Below the pieces are notes generated by a model. The model did not search any database. It was given only the letters and a program-made list of their open reading frames with translations, and was not told where the DNA came from. A program made the translations under genes and the position numbers. Source: Steroidobacteraceae bacterium (GTDB lineage Bacteria; Pseudomonadota; Gammaproteobacteria; Steroidobacterales; Steroidobacteraceae). Taken from it: DNA of 64,000 nt. The stretch spans positions 3,784 through 67,783 of the forward strand of contig DATBAM010000022.1 in the NCBI GenBank assembly GCA_036271535.1, read 5' to 3'. Below, piece by piece: positions 49,067-61,930 of this stretch; positions within the stretch are counted from its first letter, which is position 1, and each line of letters opens with the position of its first letter.

Positions 49067-50533
49067 TCAGTTGAAGGAATCGGCGTCGGCCACCGGCGTC
49101 AGTCCGTGCGCGAGTGCGACCGGATTCGGCGCAGTGCTCTCGCCGCCGCCCCATTCGAGCACGGACAGGTATTGTCGCACCTGATCGACGAAACGCGCTG
49201 GCTCCCAGCCACGCGCATAGCCGCGTTTGAGGCGCGTGAACCAGGTTTCCTCCGCCAGTAGCGGCAGCTGATCGTGGACATCGACCCAGCTGTCCGGATT
49301 CTTGCCGCGGATCTGCGCCAGCACGCGGGCATCCTCGACATGTCCATAACCGGCGTTGTAGGCCGCCAGCGCAAACCAGGTCCGTTCCGGCTCCGGAATG
49401 CGTTTCGGAATCGTGGCGAAAGCCTGTGCGAGATACTTCGCACCGCCGAGAATGTTCTGCCGTTGATCGCCGCGATCGGTGACACCGACGGTCGTGGCGG
49501 CGTCATTGGTAAGCATCATGATGCCGCGTGCGCCATCACCCGAGGCGGCCTGCGCCTGCCAGTGCGACTCCTGGTAGCCAACCGCCGCGAGCAGACGCCA
49601 GTCGATACCGGTGACGGCGGCGGCTTCTTCGAACATCTGCCGCAGCTGCGGCAGGCGCGCGACAATATCGGCGCGGAACTGGCGCGCATCGGTGTAGTCG
49701 AACTCGCCGGAGTCCGCGCTCGACTGCTGCGCCAGACGGGCTACCTGGCCCGATTGGACCGCACCGGCCAGAAACTGGTTTGCCTGCAGCACCAGGTCGC
49801 TTGCGCCCGGCCGGATCACCCAGCGCAGCGGCCGCGCCACGGGCAGACGGAAGGCGATGCTGGCTTCCGGATAGAGGTGCTGCGCGAATTCGAATTCAGC
49901 CGCATCCATCACCGCGTAGTCCGCATCGCCATCGGTCACGAGGCTGAGCGGTGTGCTGCCGCCCTCGGGGATTTCTTTCCAGTTCAGATCGGGATGGCCG
50001 TCATCGCGCAGCGTGCGCAGCATGCCGGCCTGTGGACTGCCAGCCAGAACCACGATCTGCGCGTTCGCAAGCCCGGCAAGATCGCGGGCGCGGGTCTTAC
50101 CGCGCCCCTGCACGACTACCTGCGGCAGGTCCTGATAGCTGTCGGTGGCCTCGCCGAGGCCGAGCCATCGAGCATCGACGCTGATCTGGGCGGCGGCCAT
50201 GTCGGCGCGGCCATGTCGCAGCGCTGCCCGAATGGCAGCGGTATCGCCGACGCCCTGAACGGTCAGTCTGACGCCCAGCTGCTGCGCAAAAGCGCTCGCC
50301 AGCTGATACTCGAAGCCCTGTGGGCCGTGGGCGCCCTGGTAGTAGCTCGTCGGCGCGTTCAGCATGACCACGCGCAATTCGCCGCGCGAACGGACCTGCT
50401 CGAGGGCGGACTGCCTGGGCGCGCAACTGGCGAGCACCAGCGTCATGGCGGCAGCCGCGCCGACGCAGCGGGCAAACCGCCGGCGCTCGACCGGGCGGCG
50501 CTGGACTACAAGTTGTCGTCTCACGGCGTTCAT
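49067..50533 (-). CDS. mltF: Membrane-bound lytic murein transglycosylase F
   Basis: An N-terminal solute-binding-like domain plus a C-terminal SLT domain (...ESHWQ...AYNAGYGHV). Conserved tadA/mltF/purL neighbourhood. Confidence 0.88.
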   Translation of the reverse strand: MNAVRRQLVVQRRPVERRRFARCVGAAAAMTLVLASCAPRQSALEQVRSRGELRVVMLNAPTSYYQGAHGPQGFEYQLASAFAQQLGVRLTVQGVGDTAAIRAALRHGRADMAAAQISVDARWLGLGEATDSYQDLPQVVVQGRGKTRARDLAGLANAQIVVLAGSPQAGMLRTLRDDGHPDLNWKEIPEGGSTPLSLVTDGDADYAVMDAAEFEFAQHLYPEASIAFRLPVARPLRWVIRPGASDLVLQANQFLAGAVQSGQVARLAQQSSADSGEFDYTDARQFRADIVARLPQLRQMFEEAAAVTGIDWRLLAAVGYQESHWQAQAASGDGARGIMMLTNDAATTVGVTDRGDQRQNILGGAKYLAQAFATIPKRIPEPERTWFALAAYNAGYGHVEDARVLAQIRGKNPDSWVDVHDQLPLLAEETWFTRLKRGYARGWEPARFVDQVRQYLSVLEWGGGESTAPNPVALAHGLTPVADADSFN

Positions 50534-50560
50534 CGTGGGCTAGAATACCAGCCCTCCCAG

Positions 50561-50653
50561 GGAGAGGTACCGAAGCGGTCATAACGGCGCCGACTCGAAA
50601 TCGGATGGTCGGGTAATACCGGCACGTGGGTTCGAATCCCACCCTCTCCGCCA
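50561..50653 (+). tRNA. tRNA-Ser (anticodon CGA), class II, CCA encoded
   Basis: Hand-folded. Acceptor GGAGAGG/CCTCTCC. Anticodon loop CTCGAAA. Long variable arm. T arm GTGGG-TTCGAAT-CCCAC. Discriminator G plus CCA. Confidence 0.9.
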
Positions 50654-50763
50654 ATTTTCCTGCACCAGTTCACAGTCGCGCTAGCGTATCTGTGCGCTGT
50701 AGTGCCCCGGTGGCGTAGCCGTTACACTAACTTATTGAAAGGACGTTAGACGGGAGCCGGTGC

Positions 50764-53589
50764 ATGCTCCAGAACGACGGCGGCGACGCGCTCGTTCACG
50801 CAGATGATTCCGCGGCGCTGAGCCGACGCGGACTGCTCATCGAGACGGTCGCCACCAGCGTCGCGGATGTTCTGAACGCGAAATCGGCCACCACGGTGCT
50901 GCCGGAGGTGCTGACGCGCGTGGCCCGCGTGGTTCGCATCGATCGGCTGCTCGTGGTCGAGAGCGATCGCAGCGCCGGAGCGCGTTCTTCGCTGTTCTTC
51001 ACCTGGGCCGCCGCGGCTTCGGGGCTGCCCGATGCCGCCGCCGAGCAGTCGCGCGGCGCGGATGAGCTATCGGCTCTGCAGGACTGGCTCGCGCCATTGG
51101 CGTCGGGGCAGCCGGTCGTGACTGCACGACGGACCGCGCCAGCGGCCGTCCGCGAGCACTTGCAGAGCATGGACGTCGTCACTTCCCTGATGGTGCCCGT
51201 CATGGTCGACGGACGGCCCTGGGGACGAATCGTCCTGGAAGATTGCACCAGCGAACACGACTGGGTCTCTGACGACATCAAGGTCATGACCACGCTGGCC
51301 GAGACGATCGGTGCGGCGATCACCCGAGAGCGTTTTTCGGCTCAGGTCCAGCAGCGCGAGCGCCTGCTCCACGCCGTCAATCAAAGCACCACCGAAATCG
51401 CCACGGCCAAGGATCTGCATGCCGCGGTGAAGCATGCTTTGCGGATCACTGCCACCGCCATCGGTGCCGACCGGGTGCTGGTGCTGGAAGTGCATCGCTC
51501 CGTCGCATCCGGCAGGGAAACGCATCTGTTGCGCAACTTCTGGCACGCCCGGAACGTCCCGCTGGGCCTGCAGCAGATCGTGGCCAATACGTCGGCGGAG
51601 CCGAGGCCTGACGTGCTGGCGTGGCTGGCGCCGCTGCGTGACGGCAAGGCCGTCAGTGGCAGCCGTTCCACCGCACAGAATGGTTCCCGGGAGGTATTCG
51701 AGACCTTCAACAGTCTGTCGGTGCTGCTGGTCCCGATCATGGTCAACGCGCGCTACTGGGGCCATCTGTCGATCGAGTCGTGCAGCCAGGAGCGCGACTG
51801 GAACAGCGCCGAGGTCGATGCCCTGCGCACACTGGCCGACCTCATCGGGACCCTGATCACGCAGCAGCGGCACCGGGAGGAGATTGCCACGGCGAATACC
51901 ATCATCCAGAGCAGCCCTACGATCCTTTATCGCCTCAACGGCGATGCGGCGCTGCCAATGACCTATATCTCTCAGAACATCGGCCAGCTTGGTCACAATC
52001 CGGTGGAACTGCTGGCGGACCCGCGGTGTTACCGGCAGATGATCCATCCGGATGATCGCGCCGGGCTGCAGGCCGCGATGGAATCCCTGCTGCAGCCGGA
52101 TGCCAAACCTGGCGTCATCGAGCTGCGCATGCTCAACAAGTCGGGCGGGGTGCGCTGGTTCGAGAACCGATTCCGGCCGGTACGGGACGAGAGCGGGCAG
52201 GTGGAGATCGAAGGCATCCTGACCGATATCACCGAGCGCAAGCACTCGGAGGAGCGCATCGCGCTGCTGGCACGCACCGATACCCTGACCGGGGCGGCCA
52301 ATCGGCTGATCTTCGGTGACCGGCTGCGCCAGTCATTCGCGGCCGCGCAGCGCGGGGCACACCCGTTCGCGGTGCTCTACCTGGATCTCGACCGATTCAA
52401 GGAAGTCAACGATACCCTCGGTCATCACGCCGGTGACCTGCTGCTGCAGCAGGTGGCGCAGCGGCTGAAGGCCACGACGCGCAAGATCGATGTGGTCGCG
52501 CGGCTGGGCGGTGACGAGTTCGCGATTATACAGTCCGAGGTTTCCGACTCCTCGGCCGCCGGCCGGCTGGGCGAGAAACTGATAGAGATCGTCTCGGCTC
52601 CGTACGTCATCGACGGCAACGAACTGCGCATCGGCACCAGTATCGGTATCGCATTGTGGGACCGGGAGACACCGGAACCGGACAGCCTGCTCGCGCAGGC
52701 CGACCAGGCGCTCTACCGCGCCAAGCACTCGGGCCGCGGCCAGTACCGCTTCTTTTCCGAGGAAATCGATCATGAGACGCGCGAGCATCTGGCGCTCGCC
52801 GAAGATCTGCGGGCGGCGCTCGGTCGGGACGAACTCGAGATCTGCTATCAGCCGCAGGTCGAACTGGTTTCCGGTCGCATCATGGGCATGGAGGCATTGC
52901 TGCGCTGGCATCATCCGACGCGCGGTCTGCTGCTGCCCGAGGACTTCCTGCCGATCGCGGAGAAGTTCGGCATCATGCAGCAGCTCGGACGCTGGACGCT
53001 GGATGGTGCCTGCAAGCAGATGTCGCTGTGGCGCCAGCAGCAGATGTCGGTGCCGGTCGTGGCGGTGAACGTGTCGCTGGCGCAGATCAAGATGGGCACC
53101 GAGTTCGTGCGCGACGTCAACGAGAGTCTGGAGCGCTGGCGGCTGCAGCCATCCGATCTCGAACTCGATGTGACCGAACACGTGCTCGCGCGCACGACGT
53201 TGTCGCAGAGCGATGTGCTGGTGGAGCTGCGCCGGCTCGGTGTCGGCATCGCGATCGACAACTTCGGTGCGAAGTATTCAACGCTCGATTACCTGAGAAC
53301 CTATCACGTCAGTCGCTTGAAGATCGCCCGGGGCATGGTGGCCGCGGCCGACGCTCAGGCCGGTGGCAGCGCGATGATCCGCGCGATCCTGAGCCTGGCC
53401 GCGGAACTGGGACTGGACGTGGTTGCAGAAGGAGTCGAGACCGAAAACCAGCGCGACCTGCTGGTCGCGGCCAGTGCTCGCGCGCAGGGGCAGGGGTTCT
53501 ACTACAGCCATCCGGTGACGGCGCACGAATCCATGCAGATGCTGCGCGCGGGCGTGGTAACGCCGGAGAAAAGCGGGGGCCCCCCTTAG
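50764..53589 (+). CDS. GAF-GAF-PAS-GGDEF-EAL signalling protein
   Basis: Two GAF-like modules followed by PAS (…HPDDRAGL…GVRWFENRFRPV…). GGDEF with I-site (RKIDVVARLGGDEF). EAL domain (GMEALLRWHHP, AEGVETE, GQGFYYS) with diverged positions. Confidence 0.88.
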   Translation: MLQNDGGDALVHADDSAALSRRGLLIETVATSVADVLNAKSATTVLPEVLTRVARVVRIDRLLVVESDRSAGARSSLFFTWAAAASGLPDAAAEQSRGADELSALQDWLAPLASGQPVVTARRTAPAAVREHLQSMDVVTSLMVPVMVDGRPWGRIVLEDCTSEHDWVSDDIKVMTTLAETIGAAITRERFSAQVQQRERLLHAVNQSTTEIATAKDLHAAVKHALRITATAIGADRVLVLEVHRSVASGRETHLLRNFWHARNVPLGLQQIVANTSAEPRPDVLAWLAPLRDGKAVSGSRSTAQNGSREVFETFNSLSVLLVPIMVNARYWGHLSIESCSQERDWNSAEVDALRTLADLIGTLITQQRHREEIATANTIIQSSPTILYRLNGDAALPMTYISQNIGQLGHNPVELLADPRCYRQMIHPDDRAGLQAAMESLLQPDAKPGVIELRMLNKSGGVRWFENRFRPVRDESGQVEIEGILTDITERKHSEERIALLARTDTLTGAANRLIFGDRLRQSFAAAQRGAHPFAVLYLDLDRFKEVNDTLGHHAGDLLLQQVAQRLKATTRKIDVVARLGGDEFAIIQSEVSDSSAAGRLGEKLIEIVSAPYVIDGNELRIGTSIGIALWDRETPEPDSLLAQADQALYRAKHSGRGQYRFFSEEIDHETREHLALAEDLRAALGRDELEICYQPQVELVSGRIMGMEALLRWHHPTRGLLLPEDFLPIAEKFGIMQQLGRWTLDGACKQMSLWRQQQMSVPVVAVNVSLAQIKMGTEFVRDVNESLERWRLQPSDLELDVTEHVLARTTLSQSDVLVELRRLGVGIAIDNFGAKYSTLDYLRTYHVSRLKIARGMVAAADAQAGGSAMIRAILSLAAELGLDVVAEGVETENQRDLLVAASARAQGQGFYYSHPVTAHESMQMLRAGVVTPEKSGGPP

Positions 53590-53631
53590 GAACACGGACC
53601 GGGGCGATAAATGCGCGTCGCGTGCTTGCGC

Positions 53632-54813
53632 TCAGGTGTTGCCGCTGTTGCTCGAGTAGGAAGCAACGAACGCGCGCGCGAAGCTCTCGGCGAACAGGTG
53701 CGGCAGGGTACCGGGCGCTGCCTCGGTAAGACTGCGGAAGCGGGCGGCCATGGCTTTGGCGCTGCCCTCGGAGCCCTGCACCAGCGCATGCGGCTCGAGC
53801 CGTGCGATGAACTCGGACAATGCACCCAGCAACGCCGCAATCGTCGCGGCATCGTGCCGGCGGGCGCCGCTGAGCGTTTCACGTACCCACTGGACCGCGT
53901 CCAGTTCGTGACGGTCGTGTCCGAGCAGCAGGCGCAGCAGCAGGTCCTCGACCGGCAGCCCGGTCAGCGCGATGTGCTGCAGATCCTCCTTGCCAGCGTC
54001 GATGTGGAGCTGCTCGCGCGCTTCCCGCTGCAGCAGCGTCAAACCCTTGAGGCCCAGCAGCGCTTCGCGCAGCAGCACGCCCGCCAGGTAGAGCACCCGG
54101 GGTGGCGAATCCGCCGTCATCCCCTTGGGATCGATGCCGGCGCCGCGGCAGAACGCGTCGATCGCGCCGAGATGTTCGACCGCCCGGTCGGTTACCCGCT
54201 TCTGCCGGGGAATAGAGGCGGTGGCGGTCGGCGGAATCGAGCGCTGGCCACTGTCGAACGCCAGGATCGCCGGGTCTTCGACCAGGGAACGCCCGCTGCC
54301 ATTGATCGCGGAAGCGGCGGTGGTCGTGGCTCCGGACGCGACTGGAGAGCCCATCTCACCGGCGCTGAGCAGATCCTGCAGCTGCAGCGATGCGCCGATA
54401 TCCGGGCGGGTGCGGTCGGTATTGGTCAGCGGCTGCGTCATCAGGGGGATGATCGCGCTGGCTTCAGGCGCCTCCATCGCTCCGGTGCCCTCGATGTCGA
54501 TGGTCACGGAGATCTGATAACTGCCGAAGCGCAGGATGTCCCCGTGTCGCAGGGCATAGCTGCTGCGTCGGCCGATCGGGGTGGCCGCATCGTTGACGTA
54601 CACGCCGTTGGTGCTGGTGTCGAGCATCAGATAGGCGCCGTCACGGAACTGGATACGCGCATGGTGGGCCGACAGCCAGCGCTCCGGGTCCGGTAGTATC
54701 CAGTCGTTGTCGTTGGCGCGGCCGATCCGCCCGCCGCCGACTCCGAACACAATGGAGCTCTGCGAGCCGAGCTCCTCGCGCTGCGCGGTCAGGACAGTGA
54801 GCTTCAAGGCCAT
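53632..54813 (-). CDS. FHA-domain protein of the T6SS-associated TagH/Fha type (orphan in this window)
   Basis: The N-terminus (GGRIGRANDNDWILPDPERWLSAHHARIQFRDGAYLMLDTSTNGVYVN) matches the TagH-type FHA pattern. The helical C-terminal region resembles the TagH C-domain. Confidence 0.6.
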   Translation of the reverse strand: MALKLTVLTAQREELGSQSSIVFGVGGGRIGRANDNDWILPDPERWLSAHHARIQFRDGAYLMLDTSTNGVYVNDAATPIGRRSSYALRHGDILRFGSYQISVTIDIEGTGAMEAPEASAIIPLMTQPLTNTDRTRPDIGASLQLQDLLSAGEMGSPVASGATTTAASAINGSGRSLVEDPAILAFDSGQRSIPPTATASIPRQKRVTDRAVEHLGAIDAFCRGAGIDPKGMTADSPPRVLYLAGVLLREALLGLKGLTLLQREAREQLHIDAGKEDLQHIALTGLPVEDLLLRLLLGHDRHELDAVQWVRETLSGARRHDAATIAALLGALSEFIARLEPHALVQGSEGSAKAMAARFRSLTEAAPGTLPHLFAESFARAFVASYSSNSGNT

Positions 54814-54880
54814 CGTTTAAAACCGATAGTACATATAATAGGGGCCGAGCGTCCCCAGGCCCCCTTTATTTCAGGCAACC

Positions 54881-55228
54881 ATGGCATCGAACCACATCTA
54901 CAAGATTATCTTCGTGAACCAGGGCAAGGTTTATGAGATTTACGCCCGCAAGGTCAGTCACGGCAGTTTGTTCGGTTTCGTGGAGGTGGAGGAACTCGTT
55001 TTCGGTACGCGCTCGAGCGTCGTACTCGATCCCGGCGAGGAGCGGATCAAGTCCGAGTTCGAGGGCGTCAAACGCAGCTACCTGCCGCTGCAGGCGGTGC
55101 TGCGGATCGACGAGGTGCGCAAGCAGGGCGTCAGCAAGATTTCCGACCTCGAGGGCGGTTCCAACGTCACTCCCTTTCCCGGTGCACTGATGCCTTCGGC
55201 CCACGATCGGGGACCGAAGAAGACCTGA
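54881..55228 (+). CDS. DUF1820-family protein
   Basis: [20 protein letters not shown]...[12 protein letters not shown]...[33 protein letters not shown] matches the family found upstream of purL in pseudomonads (from memory). Confidence 0.7.
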   Translation: MASNHIYKIIFVNQGKVYEIYARKVSHGSLFGFVEVEELVFGTRSSVVLDPGEERIKSEFEGVKRSYLPLQAVLRIDEVRKQGVSKISDLEGGSNVTPFPGALMPSAHDRGPKKT

Positions 55229-58200
55229 TGCTCGAACTGCCAGGATCACAAACACTCTCATCCTTTCGCCTGGCCGGACTGCTCGCGCGCCTGCAGGCCT
55301 GTGAGCGCGCAGTCCGCTGCGTGCAGGCGCAGTACCGTCATTTCGTCGATACCGACGGACTGACACCGCAACAGCAGAAACGCCTGAGCGAGTTGCTCGA
55401 TGACGGTGGACCCGTTGCCGACGTCGCCCGGTCGGATGGTGTGCTGGCGAGCTTTCTGGTGGTACCGCGGCCCGGCACGATTTCTCCATGGTCCAGCAAG
55501 GCGACCGATATCGCCCGCGTGTGCGGTCTTGCCGCAGTGCGGCGGATCGAACGGGGGGTGCTGTACAGCGTGGGGCTGGAACGGCCCGTGACAGTTGCCG
55601 CGCGGCGTGCACTCGCGGTGCTCCTGCACGATCGGATGACCGAGGCCGTGATCGAGGAGGGCGACGTCGCCGCGGCGTTGTTCGCCGCGCACGATCCCCG
55701 TCCGCTGCAACGCATAGCACTCACCGGCGGGCGCGACGCGCTGACGGCGGCCGATCGCCAGCTGGGGCTTGCGCTGTCGGCGGACGAGATCGACTACCTG
55801 CTCGAGACCTTCAGGCGACTGGGTCGCGATCCGACCGACGTCGAACTGATGATGTTCGCCCAGGCCAACTCGGAGCACTGCCGGCACAAAATCTTCAACG
55901 CGGATTTCGTCATCGATGGTATCGAGCAGCCGAAGTCGCTGTTCGCGATGATCCGCAACACTCACACGCTGGCCGGCGCGGGGGTGCTGTCGGCCTATCG
56001 TGACAATGCGGCGGTGATCGAAGGGTCGGTGGCGACGCGCTGGTTTGCCGATGCCGCCAGCGGTATCTATCGCGGTCACGACGAGCCGATCGATATCGCC
56101 ATCAAGGTCGAGACCCACAATCATCCGACCGCGATTGCACCGTTTCCCGGTGCAGCGACCGGGGCTGGAGGCGAGATCCGCGACGAGGGCGCGACCGGTG
56201 TCGGCGCCAAGCCAAAAGCGGGGTTGACCGGGTTTTCGGTTTCGCATCTGCGCATCCCGGGATTCGAACAACCCTGGGAGCACAGCATCGGCCGTCCGCA
56301 GCGGATCGCATCGGCACTGGACATCATGCTCGAGGGTCCCATCGGCGCCGCATCGTTCAACAACGAATTCGGACGGCCGGCGATCTGCGGCTACTTCCGC
56401 ACGCTCGAGTGCGCCATGCCGGGTGACTCGCCGGGGCGCACGCGCGGTTATCACAAGCCGATCATGCTGGCAGGCGGTCTCGGCAACGTGCGCCGTTCGC
56501 ATGTCGACAAAGGCGAGGTATCGGTTGGCGCGAGCCTGGTGGTGCTCGGCGGACCCGCGATGCTGATCGGACTGGGTGGGGGCGCGGCCTCCTCGCTCGG
56601 CTCGGGAGCGTCACAAGAGGATCTGGATTTCGCGTCGGTGCAGCGTGGCAACGCCGAGATCGAACGCCGCGCGCAGGAGGTCATCGATCGGTGCTGGCAG
56701 CTCGGCGGCGCGAACCCGATCGAGCTGATCCACGATGTGGGTGCGGGTGGACTGTCGAACGCGGTGCCCGAGGCCGTGGCGCACAGCCATCGTGGCGCAC
56801 GCGTGCAACTGCGATGCATTCCGAGCGCCGAGCCGGGCATGTCGCCGATGGAGATCTGGTGCAACGAAGCCCAGGAGCGCTATGTCCTGGCGCTGAAGCC
56901 CGACAGCCTGGCGCGGTTCGACGCGATAGCGGTCCGCGAACGCTGTCCTTATGCCGTGATCGGACAGATCACCGACGATGGCGTGCTGATCGTTCACGAC
57001 AGCCTCTTCAACAACGACGTCGTGCACATGCCGCTCGATGCGTTGCTCGGCAAGCCACCGCGGATGCGTCGCGATGTTCGCAGCTTCGCGCGATCGGCCC
57101 GCGCTTCGGCCTGTGATGCGCTCGACCTGCGTGAGGCCACCTATCGGGTGTTGCGCTTCCCCGCCGTTGCCGACAAGACCTTCCTGATCACGATCGGCGA
57201 TCGCACCGTTGGCGGTCTCATCAGTCGGGACCAGATGGTAGGTCGTTGGCAGGTGCCGGTCGCCGATGTCGGCGTGACGCTATCGGACTATCACCATCAC
57301 GTCGGCGAGGCGATGGCGCTCGGCGAGCGCACGCCGAGCGCGCTGCTGGATGCGCCGGCGTCGGCGCGCCTCGCGGTCAGCGAGGCGTTGACCAATATCC
57401 TGGCGGCGGATGTCGGCGCGTTGAGCGACGTGCGCCTGTCCGCCAACTGGATGGCTGCCTGCGGCGAGCCGGGTGAGGACGCTGCGCTCTACGCAGCGGT
57501 GCGAACGGTCGGCGAAGAATTCTGTCCTGCGCTCGGTATCGCGATACCGGTCGGCAAGGACTCCCTGTCGATGAAGACGGTCTGGCGCGAAGGCGATCAA
57601 CCACGCTCGGTGGTGGCACCGGTATCGCTGATCATATCGGCATTCTCTCCGGTGAGGGATGTGCGCCGTACCCTGACGCCGGCGCTGCAAATGCACGCGA
57701 GCGCCAGCGTGTTGCTGCTGGTCGATCTTTCGCGGGGCCGCGACAGGCTCGGCATGAGCGCACTCGCGCAGGTCTTCGGGCTCGACGGCGGTCCCAGCGC
57801 GGACATGGACGAGGTCGAGCTGCTGCGATCGTTCGCCGCGGCGATGATCGAACTCAGGCCTGCTGGCCACGTGATCGCCTATCACGATCGGTCCGATGGC
57901 GGCCTGATCGCGACGGTACTCGAAATGGCCTTTGCGGGTCACTGCGGACTCGACCTGCGTCTGCCGGCGGATCACCGGTCGTCCGGCTCATCGACTATTG
58001 CGCGTCTGTTCAGCGAAGAGCCGGGTGCCGTGCTCCAGGTCCGCGCGGCAGATCTGGAAGCGGTGACGGCCTGCTTCGAGCGCCACGGGCTGCGGCAATG
58101 CCTCAGTACGATCGGACAGCCGGTGAGCTCGATGCGGATACGTATCGAATGTGGATCGGCGGTACTGGATGAGGCCTGGGGCGATCTCAAGCGCGCGTGG

Positions 58201-59133
58201 TCGGAGACTTCCTATCGTATGCGAACGCTGCGTGATGACCCGCAGTGCGCGAAGGAGGAGTGGGATTCGGCGGCCGACGAGTCGGATCCCGGTCTCTCGC
58301 AACGGCTCACGTTCGATCCGCAGCAGGACGTTGCCGCAGCCATGATTGCCGCGGGTGCCCGTCCACGCGTGGCGGTGCTGCGCGAGCAGGGCGTCAACAG
58401 CCAGGTCGAGATGGCAGCGGCGCTCGACCGCGCCGGCTTCGAGACACACGACGTCCACATGTCCGACCTGCTCGCCGGCCGGACGACGCTCGAATCGTTC
58501 AAGGGATTGATCGGCTGCGGCGGTTTTTCCTATGGCGACGTGCTCGGGGCGGGCGGCGGCTGGGCGCGATCGATCCTGTTCCACGATGCAACGCGGCAGC
58601 AATTCAAACGCTACTTCGAGCGCTCCGATACGTTCTCACTGGGTGTCTGTAACGGCTGCCAGATGTTCGCGGTGCTGAAGGAGCTGATTCCCGGCGCCGC
58701 GCACTGGCCGCGATTCCTGCGCAATCGCAGCGAGCAGTTCGAAGCACGATTGAGTCTGGTCGAAATCGATGCATCGCCGTCGATACTACTGGCGGGGATG
58801 GCGGGCTCACGTCTGCCGGTGGCGGTTTCGCACGGCGAGGGACGTCCGCAGTTTGGCCACGTCGATGATCTCAAAGCCTGCGTCGACCACAAGCTGGTGG
58901 CGCTGCGCTATATCGACCATCGCGGTGCGACTGCTCAGCGCTATCCCGCCAACCCGAACGGCGCGGTGCAGGGAATCGCTGCGCTGACGACGCCGGACGG
59001 GCGCGTGACGATCACGATGCCGCATCCGGAGCGCGTCTATCGCACCGTTCAGAACTCCTGGCATCCGCACGAGGCGGGCGAGGACTCGGGCTGGATGCGC
59101 ATATTCCGCAATGCCCGCGTGTGGCTGGGCTAG
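55228..59133 (+). CDS. purL: Phosphoribosylformylglycinamidine synthase (single-chain large PurL)
   Basis: 1301 aa with a C-terminal glutaminase domain (GVCNGCQM...HPER). Confidence 0.96.
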   Translation: MLELPGSQTLSSFRLAGLLARLQACERAVRCVQAQYRHFVDTDGLTPQQQKRLSELLDDGGPVADVARSDGVLASFLVVPRPGTISPWSSKATDIARVCGLAAVRRIERGVLYSVGLERPVTVAARRALAVLLHDRMTEAVIEEGDVAAALFAAHDPRPLQRIALTGGRDALTAADRQLGLALSADEIDYLLETFRRLGRDPTDVELMMFAQANSEHCRHKIFNADFVIDGIEQPKSLFAMIRNTHTLAGAGVLSAYRDNAAVIEGSVATRWFADAASGIYRGHDEPIDIAIKVETHNHPTAIAPFPGAATGAGGEIRDEGATGVGAKPKAGLTGFSVSHLRIPGFEQPWEHSIGRPQRIASALDIMLEGPIGAASFNNEFGRPAICGYFRTLECAMPGDSPGRTRGYHKPIMLAGGLGNVRRSHVDKGEVSVGASLVVLGGPAMLIGLGGGAASSLGSGASQEDLDFASVQRGNAEIERRAQEVIDRCWQLGGANPIELIHDVGAGGLSNAVPEAVAHSHRGARVQLRCIPSAEPGMSPMEIWCNEAQERYVLALKPDSLARFDAIAVRERCPYAVIGQITDDGVLIVHDSLFNNDVVHMPLDALLGKPPRMRRDVRSFARSARASACDALDLREATYRVLRFPAVADKTFLITIGDRTVGGLISRDQMVGRWQVPVADVGVTLSDYHHHVGEAMALGERTPSALLDAPASARLAVSEALTNILAADVGALSDVRLSANWMAACGEPGEDAALYAAVRTVGEEFCPALGIAIPVGKDSLSMKTVWREGDQPRSVVAPVSLIISAFSPVRDVRRTLTPALQMHASASVLLLVDLSRGRDRLGMSALAQVFGLDGGPSADMDEVELLRSFAAAMIELRPAGHVIAYHDRSDGGLIATVLEMAFAGHCGLDLRLPADHRSSGSSTIARLFSEEPGAVLQVRAADLEAVTACFERHGLRQCLSTIGQPVSSMRIRIECGSAVLDEAWGDLKRAWSETSYRMRTLRDDPQCAKEEWDSAADESDPGLSQRLTFDPQQDVAAAMIAAGARPRVAVLREQGVNSQVEMAAALDRAGFETHDVHMSDLLAGRTTLESFKGLIGCGGFSYGDVLGAGGGWARSILFHDATRQQFKRYFERSDTFSLGVCNGCQMFAVLKELIPGAAHWPRFLRNRSEQFEARLSLVEIDASPSILLAGMAGSRLPVAVSHGEGRPQFGHVDDLKACVDHKLVALRYIDHRGATAQRYPANPNGAVQGIAALTTPDGRVTITMPHPERVYRTVQNSWHPHEAGEDSGWMRIFRNARVWLG

Positions 59134-59155
59134 CGCGCGAACAAGGTAGCGCCGG

Positions 59156-60829
<1,674 letters not shown>

Positions 60830-60938
60830 GGGGCCATTATCGGTGAACGTGCCGGGGTGTGCTATCGTCGGAGCCCTGCAGTGTCGCAGGCCCAAAGTCG
60901 AAACGAAGTATTTGGACCCCCGAGGCTCTGAGGTCGCC

Positions 60939-61868
60939 GTGGTTCTAGGCGAGCGCCTTGCGCGCTACGGCTTCGGCCAGGGTCATCCGTTCGGTCCCGA
61001 TCGCCACGCCGCATTCGTTCGCGAGTTCGAGCAGCGCGGCCTGTCCCGGCAGGTGGTGACACTCGAGCCACGCGATGCCACCAGCGCCGAACTGCAGCTT
61101 TTCCACACGCCCGACTATGTGCACTTCGTCATGGAGCGCTCGCAATCGGGCACCGGATTTCTGGACGGTGGCGATACGCCGGCATACCGAGGCGTCTTCG
61201 ATGCGGCGTCGTGCGTCGTCGGCTCCACGCTGACCGTGACCGACTGGATCATGCGCGGTACGCGCCGGCGCGGGTTCGTGCCGATCGGTGGCCTGCACCA
61301 TGCCGGACGGGATCGTGCGGCTGGATTTTGTGTGTTCAACGACTGCGGAGTCGTCATCGAGCACTTGCGCCGTACCTATGGAATGGCGCGGATCGCCTAT
61401 ATCGACATCGACGCTCATCATGGCGACGGTGTGTTCTACAGCTTCGAGAACGATGCGGACGTCGTCATCGCCGATCTGCACGAGAGCGGCGAGACGCTCT
61501 ACCCGGGTACCGGATCCAGCGAGGAGACCGGACAGGGTGAGGCACGCGGCACCAAACTGAACGTGCCGCTCGCAGCGGGCAGCGGTGAGGCCGAGTTCGC
61601 GCAGGTCTGGCCGTCGATGCTCACGCACGTCGAGCAGTTCAAGCCGGCTTTCATCATCCTTCAGTGCGGCGCGGACAGCATCGGCGGCGATCCGATCACG
61701 CACCTGAACCTCTCACCCGCCTGCCATGCTCGCGCCGCGCGCGAGCTGTGCGTGCTGGCGGACCGGCTGGGGCACGGGCGGGTACTGGCCCTAGGGGGCG
61801 GGGGATACGACCGCGGCAATCTGGCGCGTGCCTGGAGTGCAGTGGTGGAAGCGCTGATCGCCGCCTGA
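60939..61868 (+). CDS. Histone deacetylase-family protein (AcuC/acetoin utilisation-like deacetylase)
   Basis: [19 protein letters not shown] and DIDAHHGDG motifs. The GTG at 60939 is chosen to avoid overlap with ettA; the start is uncertain. Confidence 0.8.
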   Translation: MVLGERLARYGFGQGHPFGPDRHAAFVREFEQRGLSRQVVTLEPRDATSAELQLFHTPDYVHFVMERSQSGTGFLDGGDTPAYRGVFDAASCVVGSTLTVTDWIMRGTRRRGFVPIGGLHHAGRDRAAGFCVFNDCGVVIEHLRRTYGMARIAYIDIDAHHGDGVFYSFENDADVVIADLHESGETLYPGTGSSEETGQGEARGTKLNVPLAAGSGEAEFAQVWPSMLTHVEQFKPAFIILQCGADSIGGDPITHLNLSPACHARAARELCVLADRLGHGRVLALGGGGYDRGNLARAWSAVVEALIAA

Positions 61869-61930
61869 GATCGGGTACAATCTGGCGCCTTTTCGAACGC
61901 TCCTGCTTTGGACAGGAAAGGCTCGCCGCT

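Noticed and set aside
54812-54839. Imperfect palindrome ATCGTTTAAAACCGAT and a TATAAT hexamer (54834-54839) upstream of DUF1820-purL, considered as a PurR box and promoter
   Set aside because: Only 6 of 8 arm positions pair, and it does not match the ACGCAAACGTTTGCGT PurR consensus. No acceptable -35 lies at 16-18 nt from the TATAAT. The evidence is too weak to call.
61869-61930. Possible riboswitch (ZTP or glycine/THF type) in the glyA leader
   Set aside because: The leader is only 62 nt, and I see none of the conserved cores of those riboswitch classes.
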